A stretch of DNA of 64,000 nt from the IMG/VR virus record IMGVR_UViG_3300028887_000001, positions 28,088 to 92,087 of that record. One strand, given 5' to 3'. Positions 10,196-18,347 of this stretch are shown here, one piece after another. Source of the DNA: a virus (taxonomy: Duplodnaviria; Heunggongvirae; Uroviricota; Caudoviricetes). Every line of letters starts with the position of its first letter. Positions within the stretch are counted from its first letter, which is position 1. The notes below the pieces were generated by a model. The model did not search any database. It saw only the letters and a list, made by a program, of their open reading frames with translations, and was not told the DNA's origin. A program made the position numbers and the translations under genes.

Positions 10196-10556
10196 TGCGG
10201 TAAACAAGTGACCGGAATAAACCCGCACAAGTTCAATCAGTTGACATCTTGTTCCGGAGCCAATCAACTGGGCTAAAAGTCATCAGCCATTCTGAGGATG
10301 TCAGTCCGTAATAATTAACAATTGTTCGCAACGCCTGATAACTTGACGACGAACGACTTCATAGCGACGGGTTTGGACTGATAAGGTAAAACTTCTGGTG
10401 TTTAACTATAACCAGATTACCTGTAAAGACAGGTGAAGGAGCGAAGTGCCTCATTGTAATGCTAAGTTCGAGAAAGTTGATTTATCGAAAAACTATCCTT
10501 AATGCTAAACTGCTTTGACTGGCTCTGGGTAACTATGAAGGATATAAAAGTTAACC
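10196..10556. ncRNA. candidate structured ncRNA / cis-element of unknown class
   Basis: ORF-free, GC-richer than its flanks, many complementary segments (see findings). Confidence 0.45.
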
Positions 10557-10678
10557 ATATAATATAAGCAAATATTTGAGTATTTGAATACTTGTATATT
10601 TGAATATTTGATTGATTTATAATCTATAGATTATACATTTTTATTAACGTTTATTAACATAATTTTTTTTGGTTTCTA

Positions 10679-10713
10679 TTTGGTAAAAATGAGGCATTGT
10701 TATAATTTTGCAC
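10679..10713 (+). promoter_or_regulatory. sigma-A early promoter (rightward)
   Basis: TTTGGTAAAA...ATTGTTATAATTTTGCA. Confidence 0.75.
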
Positions 10714-10728
10714 TCGGAAATTGAAACT

Positions 10729-11115
10729 ATGTCCACAATGCAAGAATTAAAAAACAGATTAATAGAGAAGAATAATCCACAAATAAGAATGGACGATATC
10801 ATTAATTATTTTAATGTTATGAAGCCATTTAATGGTGATGTTGACAATATACCAGATATACCAATAGTCGATAAGGAGACATATAATAATGTCATCATCC
10901 CGAACTTGATAAGGTGTGGTGCAATTCCAAGGAATAAACTAATTATTGGTAAGACCTATATTGGGAAGTGTAGAAATACAAGTACTGCTATCTGGGATGG
11001 TGATACATTCACCTATCAGAGGGTGAAGTTCGGGTATGAGTATACTGAAAATATCAGGCATTTCCAGGATGACGATGGAAGCGACCTGTTCGTCCCAATT
11101 GGTCTGGATGAATAA
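10729..11115 (+). CDS. hypothetical protein
   Basis: ORF after rightward promoter. Confidence 0.75.
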   Translation: MSTMQELKNRLIEKNNPQIRMDDIINYFNVMKPFNGDVDNIPDIPIVDKETYNNVIIPNLIRCGAIPRNKLIIGKTYIGKCRNTSTAIWDGDTFTYQRVKFGYEYTENIRHFQDDDGSDLFVPIGLDE

Positions 11116-11136
11116 TTATGCTTAAAACTAACAACT

Positions 11137-11385
11137 ATGGAAACATTTTGGATAACATATTTGATGATAGGATTTTACTTCGCGTTTATGGTATACTATG
11201 AACTCGAAGAGGAGGGCGTAACAGGAGACCACATCCTAAATGTGCTGCCTATCAAACTCTCTAACTGGCTCCTGGAGCATCAGAATATGTACGTGCTGCT
11301 ATTGGTCACAGCAGCAGTGTTCATTACAGTAGCGTGGCCATATGTCTTATACTTAATGTGGAGAAATAGAAATGAAGAATATTAA
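11137..11385 (+). CDS. small membrane protein
   Basis: two hydrophobic segments. Confidence 0.65.
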   Translation: METFWITYLMIGFYFAFMVYYELEEEGVTGDHILNVLPIKLSNWLLEHQNMYVLLLVTAAVFITVAWPYVLYLMWRNRNEEY

Positions 11386-11565
11386 ATATCGAGACCCAAT
11401 GTTCTGGCAGGGAAGAAGCCCGGAGGAAATTAAGTCGTCCTATAAGCTTTGTGAGTGGTGCGTGGCAGCAATGGCCATATTAATAATCATCGCAGCCATT
11501 GTGGGGTGAAAGGTACTTTTTTCAGTACCTGGGTGATATATGTTTGACCTTAAATTTAAATTAAT

Positions 11566-11785
11566 ATGAAGAAAGTGTATAAAGTGTGGGCGGACAGTGA
11601 AAGCAGTGTTGATATGCCTGATTTTGATTCCATGTTATGATGACCTGGATACCGCGTGTGACATCGCCAGGTTTCTGGCCCATGAACATGATGGAGAATC
11701 ATATAGAGCAATCTTCCACGTGGATGATACAGAATATGATGAGACAATTGATACATATGAAAATTTTATCGGATGTGACAAATAA
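11566..11785 (+). pseudogene. frameshifted small gene
   Basis: MKKVYKVWAD.. frame stops near 11640 while a protein-like acidic frame (YDDLDTAC..) continues to 11785. Confidence 0.4.
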
Positions 11786-11853
11786 AGAAAAAAAATCAAT
11801 AAAATATTTGTCTATAATCAAAAATAATAGTAACTTTGCAGTGAAATTTTAAT

Positions 11854-11927
11854 GGGCTCATAGCTCAGCCGGTCAGAGCAGCAGACTCATAATCTGAAGG
11901 TCCTAGGTTCAAACCCTAGTGAGCCCA
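11854..11927 (+). tRNA. tRNA with CAU anticodon, probably Ile2 (lysidine type)
   Basis: GGGCTCA/TGAGCCC acceptor, CT-CAT-AA loop, TTCAAAC T-loop; sigma-A promoter upstream. Confidence 0.85.
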
Positions 11928-11982
11928 CAAACAATGATTATACGTACTTTTTTAAGTATTGTGGGTCATAAAGAAAAGATAA

Positions 11983-12258
11983 ATGATGCTAAAGAAAGAA
12001 TTCCTAGAGCAGTATCACATGTTACTGGCGGAAAGGGACGTTATTAATAATAAGATATCTGAACTAATTAACCGGTACCACGAGGAGGTCCTTGGAAGAA
12101 ATGGATACAAAATCGGGGACCAAATTAAAGATGATAATGGATACACGTGCACAGTAACAGGAGTCGTAGATGCCGGAGGAGTACTGTACATCAGGGCCAT
12201 GAATAATAAAGAACCAAAAATAGATACAATAACCAGGATTAAATTAATTGAAATATGA
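11983..12258 (+). CDS. hypothetical protein
   Basis: ATG ORF between tRNAs. Confidence 0.65.
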   Translation: MMLKKEFLEQYHMLLAERDVINNKISELINRYHEEVLGRNGYKIGDQIKDDNGYTCTVTGVVDAGGVLYIRAMNNKEPKIDTITRIKLIEI

Positions 12259-12277
12259 CATAAGAAATAATTATTAA

Positions 12278-12855
12278 GCGCTTGTGGCGGAATGGTAGAC
12301 GCGGCAGACTTTCGAGAGACAATGAGAGTGATATGGCGAGAAATCCCATATTAGAATCTCCCTAAAACGGTGGAAGTCCTTCCCTCCAAACCTGCAATCT
12401 ATGATGTGTGGCTTAAGTATGGCGGAGGAACCACAACACTAACCAATAATGTGTAAGGATAATACCGTGCTAAATTGAATGTAAGCTTTGAGGACCGTAC
12501 TCCTTAGCCAAGGATACATTCATAAACGTGTAGAGACTCATAGAGGAGATGCCTATAGTTGAAATTTGTAAGGTTAAAATAAACCTTGGAGTAGGCTGAA
12601 GCCACAGCCCTTAGAGTCTAATAGTGGCTCTAACCTTACTGACTTCGAAGAATTTCAATATGGTAATGATATAGTCCAGACTACAACAAACAAAGGCCTG
12701 CATTAACTCTTTTGACGGGTGAAATCAGATGGGAGTTAAAAACCAGCTCGGCACGTAAAATCAACAGAATGTGTTTGTTTGGCTATGGTAACATAGAGTA
12801 GCAGGAAAATCTGCTGGGCATTATGCCCGTTCGGGTTCGAGTCCCGACTTGCGCA
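12278..12855 (+). tRNA. tRNA-Leu(UAA) split by group I intron (exons 12278-12311, 12806-12855)
   Basis: joined exons give GCAGA-CTT^AAAA-TCTGC anticodon arm, long variable arm, GGTTCGAGTCC. Confidence 0.88.
12312..12805 (+). ncRNA. group I intron (IC3/trnL-like), no internal ORF
   Basis: P1 with U.G at the 5' splice site, P/Q/R/S-like cores (AAACGGTGGAA, AATACCGTGC, GTAGAGACT, GATATAGTCC), terminal G. Confidence 0.85.
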
Positions 12856-12893
12856 CACAAAATAAAATTAACTAATATTTAAATAATATCTAT

Positions 12894-12967
12894 AGGGAAG
12901 TAGTTCAGTTGGCTAGAATGCTACATTTGGGATGTAGTGGTCGCCGGTTCGAGTCCGGTTTTCCCTA
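12894..12967 (+). tRNA. tRNA-Pro(UGG)
   Basis: AGGGAAG/TTTCCCT acceptor; CTACA-TTTGGGA-TGTAG. Confidence 0.9.
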
Positions 12968-13007
12968 CTAAGGTGATTAATTAATAAATTGTTATATCTG
13001 TAAAATT

Positions 13008-13102
13008 GGTTGTTTGACGAATACAGTACAGTCGTTACGCTTGGAAATGAGCAAAGTGTATATTAAGAACTACACGAGTGGGTTAAACTCCCACAACAGC
13101 CA
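13008..13102 (+). ncRNA. degenerate tRNA-like element (possibly Ser-GGA derived)
   Basis: intact acceptor GGTTGTT/AACAGCC and T-arm GTGGG-TTAAACT-CCCAC; poor D and anticodon arms. Confidence 0.5.
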
Positions 13103-13115
13103 GTTTTTAAAACAT

Positions 13116-13194
13116 CGCGGAGTGGAGAAGTTGGTATCTCGCTTGTCTCATAAGCAAGAAGTCGCATTAAGTGGTTCGAGTCCCGCCTCCGCAA
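13116..13194 (+). tRNA. atypical initiator-like tRNA-Met(CAU)
   Basis: C1:A72 mismatch, CT-CAT-AA loop; insertion in T-stem. Confidence 0.7.
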
Positions 13195-13208
13195 CAATGA
13201 AAAAGAAA

Positions 13209-13297
13209 GGAAGTTTGGCAGAGTTGGTCTATTGCACTGGTCTTGAAAACCAGCGGGCGTTAACAGCGTCCCAGGGGTTCGAATCCCTTAGCTTCCG
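13209..13297 (+). tRNA. tRNA-Ser(UGA)
   Basis: CTGGT-CTTGAAA-ACCAG, long variable arm, G73. Confidence 0.92.
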
Positions 13298-13367
13298 CGA
13301 AATGTGAATATAGGTACTTTTTTAAGTATTACAAAGATATATTATAAACCATTTAAAACCTAAAATT

Positions 13368-13691
13368 ATGGGAAGAAGAAATTTAGACAAGGAAACACTA
13401 CTTTTCATTCTAGAAAACTATGACAGGGAGTTTACCTACAAATTGTATGATGCCATATTAGATGTGACAACAGATAAAGATACCGGAGAAGGTGATACCA
13501 GGAAAACATTATGTGCGTTGGCAATTATTGTATCGGCATTCATGGCATTCTGTGCTGATAATGCTTCAGAACCAGGTTTAACACCAGAAGGATATACAGA
13601 ATCTTTTTTTGATGTTGTGGATGCTTTTACAAACATGGGAGAAGAAGTCAAGGATATAATTAAAGGCACAGAGGAAAAAGGAAGAAAATGA
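13368..13691 (+). CDS. hypothetical protein
   Basis: ATG ORF. Confidence 0.7.
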   Translation: MGRRNLDKETLLFILENYDREFTYKLYDAILDVTTDKDTGEGDTRKTLCALAIIVSAFMAFCADNASEPGLTPEGYTESFFDVVDAFTNMGEEVKDIIKGTEEKGRK

Positions 13692-13768
13692 ATAAGGTGT
13701 TATAGGTACTTTTTTAAGTATCATAGATAATACATTCTTTTTTTTAATGTTATTTAGTTAATAATTTG

Positions 13769-13807
13769 AAACAACCCCATCTGTGATAGACAGGGTTGTT
13801 TTTTTTA
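13769..13807 (+). terminator. intrinsic terminator
   Basis: AAACAACCC...GGGTTGTTT + T-run. Confidence 0.65.
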
Positions 13808-14012
13808 TCTATCACACTAAAATAACATTTTGTAAAGTAAAACAATGATTTTGCTTACACACAAATGAAAATTCCCCAGGATTATTTTTATACTACTTTC
13901 ATTTTGCAACCAAAATGTATTAATCTGATTTCAATTTGTAAAATCATATATTGATTATCTTATATGTTTTGGGTTTAATGATTATATTTATAATTGAAAT
14001 AACCTTTAAACA

Positions 14013-14240
14013 ATGAGAATTATATCATCCAATATGTGTAAAGACTGTTCATACTTCATAGAAGATTGTGACGGTTCAGGATTATGCTGTAAAGATATGG
14101 ACTATACACCAACACAACCTAATCAATCAGCATGTAAATATTTCTGTGAGGAAATAAATGAATATGATGATATAGATGATTATATCAATAACGAGGAAAA
14201 TAATTCATTATATGATAATGAGGATGATAATATTTATTAA
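14013..14240 (+). CDS. small Cys-rich / acidic protein
   Basis: CxxC..C..C pattern; TATTTAT box upstream. Confidence 0.6.
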   Translation: MRIISSNMCKDCSYFIEDCDGSGLCCKDMDYTPTQPNQSACKYFCEEINEYDDIDDYINNEENNSLYDNEDDNIY

Positions 14241-14270
14241 TATAAATTAACAATAAACATAACCCAAGTT

Positions 14271-14810
14271 ATGAATAATTCATTAATAACAGCTAAAAGA
14301 GTTATTGCGCAACATTTCGATGAATTACAATACTGGGATGAACAATCTTATATTAATCTATTAAAAAAAGAAAATATGAATAACAACTACAAATTAAAAT
14401 CAATCATTAAAGAAACTATAGATAAATTTATCAATGAACAAACATCCAATAATAATCTATATGATGAATGGTATCAAGAAGAAGATTGTGATGGAAATAG
14501 TGGAGAACCTGGAATGATTAAATCATATAACATAGGAACATATTATCTTGACCAAGCAATACAAGATGCTTATGAAAATGGATACGATGACGAAAAAGAT
14601 TATCTTAAATTCTACTTCGATGAAATATTACCAGACACTCCCTGGAATTGGATTAAAGTAAATAATAACTTCCTTCTATATGGAAATACAATATTCAATG
14701 AGAATAATTTAATCTGTAAGGAAATTGCTGGGCAAATTTATCTCTATGAAGATATTGATAACTCTGACTTCTATAATAGACTACAATCTGGTGAATTCTA
14801 TATGAAATAA
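14271..14810 (+). CDS. hypothetical protein with degenerate LxE-type leader
   Basis: LKSIIKETIDKFINE resembles the leader family. Confidence 0.7.
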   Translation: MNNSLITAKRVIAQHFDELQYWDEQSYINLLKKENMNNNYKLKSIIKETIDKFINEQTSNNNLYDEWYQEEDCDGNSGEPGMIKSYNIGTYYLDQAIQDAYENGYDDEKDYLKFYFDEILPDTPWNWIKVNNNFLLYGNTIFNENNLICKEIAGQIYLYEDIDNSDFYNRLQSGEFYMK

Positions 14811-14833
14811 TATAATATTAATTAATATTTAAT

Positions 14834-14880
14834 GAGAGCAACCCAGATTTATTTAATTTAAGGTTGCTCTCTTTCTTTTT
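14834..14880 (+). terminator. intrinsic terminator
   Basis: GAGAGCAACC...GGTTGCTCTC + T-run. Confidence 0.65.
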
Positions 14881-15276
14881 TACTGGTTGATGCCTAACTT
14901 AATTAATATCCAGGCATCAACCTTCTTTTTTAACATCATTTAACTGACATTATAAATTATTAACGCATATTATAACAATGTTAAATATATTTAATTTTTA
15001 TTAAAATAAGTTGAATATTCTTAAAAATTGTAAATTGGTTAGAGAGGAAAATTAGGGGACAGTTTATTTAACCAAAAATCATCAAATTGCTAATGTAATT
15101 ATTTACCAATTGTATGATGTGGATTAATAGTCAATGTAATTATCATCTTTAATGGTTATTGTAATTTCTTTTATTTAGGTTAACTTTTATATGATTGCCA
15201 TTATTTATCAATTTTGCGTTGTCAATAAGTTTTCTTTTGTTTTTATATTTATTGTTATATTAGTTTTATCATCATC

Positions 15277-16206
15277 ATGCGTATTATAATAAATGAATCC
15301 CAGTTGGATATTATTCGTGGTTGTTTATTAAATGAGTCATACAATGACAATCATATATTTTATGATTATTTATCTGATTATGATGTATCATATGTATTTA
15401 ATGAGTTTCGCAACAATCCAAGTGGTAAGGAGGGTTGGTTGCCATTAATTGACCCCAACATGTATTATAAGGCGTTATGTGAATATTCTAAGTATGGTAG
15501 GCTTGTTAAATTTCCTTCTCGTTATGTATATCAATGGATGGGTATTATAATGCGTAATACTGCGATATTGGTTGCAAACACTGAGATAAGCGGTCACAGT
15601 TCTCAATTCCCAATTGATGATTGTTATGAGTTTTTGGAATCTTGGTTTAATGATGGCAGATACATTGATATTAATGCAAGTGATGATGTTATTCTTGAAT
15701 TAAATGTTAAGGAGGTTTATAACATATGCAACAATGGGAAATTAAATGAAGCCATTGATTCAAGGGGCCAGGAATATTTTTCATTTATGAATCAATCTGA
15801 TGTTAATAATATTGAAAAGAATGACAATATTGCAAGGTTCAAGAATGTCAATAAGTTGTTAATTTCAATGGTTGATAAATATAACAATAAGGATTATAAT
15901 CATGGCAAGATTGAGATTGATTATAATAATAAGAGGTTTTTGTGGCATTGTGATGTTTATTCCTTATTGGATGATTTGGGAATATATGATTGGATGAGTT
16001 TGCCAGATGGTAGTGATGGTTGGAGTGATTTCGGCATTGAACCATTATGCAAGATTATCAATGAATATAATGAGGATTTGGAACCAGAGAAGGTGTTGGT
16101 ATTGGTTAACAGGTGTTTGGATGTATATCATCAAAGGGGTGATTTATCTTCAATATTCATTAAAGGTGGTAGTAATTCATTGAATAGTATATCTGGTGTG
16201 AATTGA
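15277..16206 (+). CDS. leader-bearing hypothetical protein
   Basis: MRIIINESQL..LLNES leader; TATTTAT upstream. Confidence 0.8.
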   Translation: MRIIINESQLDIIRGCLLNESYNDNHIFYDYLSDYDVSYVFNEFRNNPSGKEGWLPLIDPNMYYKALCEYSKYGRLVKFPSRYVYQWMGIIMRNTAILVANTEISGHSSQFPIDDCYEFLESWFNDGRYIDINASDDVILELNVKEVYNICNNGKLNEAIDSRGQEYFSFMNQSDVNNIEKNDNIARFKNVNKLLISMVDKYNNKDYNHGKIEIDYNNKRFLWHCDVYSLLDDLGIYDWMSLPDGSDGWSDFGIEPLCKIINEYNEDLEPEKVLVLVNRCLDVYHQRGDLSSIFIKGGSNSLNSISGVN

Positions 16207-16209
16207 TAT

Positions 16210-16249
16210 TAAAAAAGGTGAGTCATTAATTGGCTCACCTTTAATTTTT
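16210..16249. terminator. bidirectional terminator
   Basis: AAAAGGTGAG..CTCACCTTT between convergent genes. Confidence 0.65.
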
Positions 16250-16414
16250 TATTTGTATTTTTATTTTTTCTTTCTTTTGTTTCTTATCATAATATTTTAT
16301 TCTTCCCAGGTTTGAAGCATAATATCCTTTATATATGGGATGTTCTTTCCATATTTCTCCATCCAATTGCAATATTGGATTATTAACAAATTCTTTTATT
16401 TCTTCTGGTGTCAT
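16241..16414 (-). pseudogene. truncated NUMOD4 (homing endonuclease N-terminus) remnant
   Basis: EIWK..YKGYYASNLGRIK NUMOD4 motif, no HNH domain follows. Confidence 0.6.
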
Positions 16415-16626
16415 ATTATGATGTTTTAAATTACTATGCAAAGATACTAAAAAAATATGAATTATAAAAAGATTGGGCAATAATATTGGAAATGATATAG
16501 AAGTTGACCTAAATACTGTTAGAATACAAAAAAAGCGTCCTGTTCTGGACGCTTCTCCTATATGTTTGGTAAGTCAATTGGACTTGTTCGTAAATGGTCT
16601 GAAATTAAGGTTGGATTGATGGTTGC

Positions 16627-16947
16627 TTAGAAAGTTAATTGACCGTTTTGATGCCTTTTGTAGTATTCACGGTATATTGCATCAACTGTATCAGGGTCAT
16701 CGTATTTCATTCTATTATTCCAATATCTCATAAATTGTTTATCATCGAGATTGGCTAACATTTCGATTGTATCATTTTTCAAACGATTTTGAGTTTCAAT
16801 ATCATCAAATGTCGGCTTTAAAGGATTGGAACTAACGCCTCCATATGGCGTGTCAAATGTAGCTTCTTTAATCACTCTATTCACAGACTCTTTCACAATT
16901 CTATGAAGGTCTGACTCAGTGAGCCTAATTACTTGTTTCTTATTCAT
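16627..16947 (-). CDS. leader-bearing hypothetical protein
   Basis: VIRLTESDLHRIVKESVNRVIKE. Confidence 0.85.
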   Translation of the reverse strand: MNKKQVIRLTESDLHRIVKESVNRVIKEATFDTPYGGVSSNPLKPTFDDIETQNRLKNDTIEMLANLDDKQFMRYWNNRMKYDDPDTVDAIYREYYKRHQNGQLTF

Positions 16948-17020
16948 ATTCAATACGTATTTTTAATAATAAATATCACGATTATGGAATTTATTTATTA
17001 TTCATCAGGGTCAATCATTT

Positions 17021-17326
17021 TCATTTTACTTTATCTTTTATATCCTCCAGCATAACTGCGCAGACTTGTGCTGTGGATATTGGTGTTGAAATCCACCAAT
17101 CTTCTCCATAAAAATGTTTATGGATTTTATCAATTAAGTTTACTTCTTCTTTTGTTATATCTTTAATCCAATGTCCGCAAATATCATCTCCATGTGTTTT
17201 GGTATACCATTCGCCATAACCCATAGCATCTTTATTAAGTATAGAATTATAAACTTTTCTTTCTGTTTTAGATAGTTTATATTTAAATAATGAATTCCAC
17301 CACAGTTTAATTTTGCTTAATTTCAT
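17021..17326 (-). CDS. hypothetical protein
   Basis: ATG ORF with sigma-A-like promoter at ~17363-17397. Confidence 0.65.
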   Translation of the reverse strand: MKLSKIKLWWNSLFKYKLSKTERKVYNSILNKDAMGYGEWYTKTHGDDICGHWIKDITKEEVNLIDKIHKHFYGEDWWISTPISTAQVCAVMLEDIKDKVK

Positions 17327-17439
17327 TGTTTATATTTTTCTTTAATGTTTTCATATTTATAGTGCAAATATACGTCAATTTTTTAATATGTCCAAATTTT
17401 ATGGAAAAAAAAATGGAATCATATGTAATTTTGATTCCA

Positions 17440-18213
17440 TTAAGCTTTAATTCCTTCATGATAGAAGTTATATATATCCATGACAAGCTTCTGTGGCTTA
17501 GGGTCATCATATTCAATTGAATGTATATTATTTCCTTTATTGTCAGTAAAATCAAGATATATATCACTTGAATATCTTGCAAACATTTTTAATGCATTAT
17601 ATTGTTCTTGTGTTGGTTCCTGTGTCATATCTAGCAAGCCATTATTCACATCACATCTTATTGCACCACGATTCATAAAGTCAACAACATAATTGTATCT
17701 ATACTCATCACTCCAAATTGGAATATTATTTGATTTATATATACCTTCAATTGCCCTGTGGTCTGTTTCTCTTGAACCATATGAACCAAAGTTCAAGAAT
17801 CTTCCATCTGGCAAGATATAGCCAGCCTGTCTTATATTTTTTGTTATTCCAAATGATTGAATTGCAAGATTAATAATATTATTGCATTCTTTTATTGATT
17901 TTATTCTATTTTCTTTTTTTTCATCTTCTTCTTTATCATCCTCGGCATTCCATAGTTTGCTTATTTGATTTAATTTTTGTTCCAATTCTTTGCGTTTTTG
18001 GACGTCATCTGGTTTCACATTGTTGGCATATCCTGGAACATACCAATGTGGTGTTCCATATTCTTTTTCTTTTTTTTCATTGAATGACATATATTCATTA
18101 TATATATCATTGAATTCGTTGTCATATATATTTTCTTTTAATATGCATTTTATTGAATTGGATATGATATTATATAATTGTGATTCTGTTAATCTAATTA
18201 GTTTCTTTTTCAT
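17440..18213 (-). CDS. leader-bearing hypothetical protein
   Basis: LIRLTESQLYNIISNSIKCILKE; C-terminal GYILPDG..DHRxI domain. Confidence 0.85.
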   Translation of the reverse strand: MKKKLIRLTESQLYNIISNSIKCILKENIYDNEFNDIYNEYMSFNEKKEKEYGTPHWYVPGYANNVKPDDVQKRKELEQKLNQISKLWNAEDDKEEDEKKENRIKSIKECNNIINLAIQSFGITKNIRQAGYILPDGRFLNFGSYGSRETDHRAIEGIYKSNNIPIWSDEYRYNYVVDFMNRGAIRCDVNNGLLDMTQEPTQEQYNALKMFARYSSDIYLDFTDNKGNNIHSIEYDDPKPQKLVMDIYNFYHEGIKA

Positions 18214-18347
18214 ATTCAACACATATTTTCTATATAAATATTTGTTTAATTCAGATATTTTCTAATATTTTTGCATTGTGATTAATAATGGATATGGTGG
18301 TTGGTCAGTGGTTGTTTCATTTATATTTATATAATATAAGATAATAA

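Noticed and set aside
10196-10556. RNase P RNA or group I/II intron
   Set aside because: Hallmark cores (GAGGAAAGUCC, P7 GACU/AGUC context, domain V) not found by eye on either strand
13008-13102. tmRNA or tRNA-Sec
   Set aside because: No G3.U70 pair, no tag reading frame, no UCA anticodon
13014-13307. 97-aa ORF in the ORF track
   Set aside because: Overlaps three tRNA or tRNA-like genes; spurious
16241-16414. Active homing endonuclease for the tRNA intron
   Set aside because: Only the NUMOD4 fragment remains, with no nuclease domain
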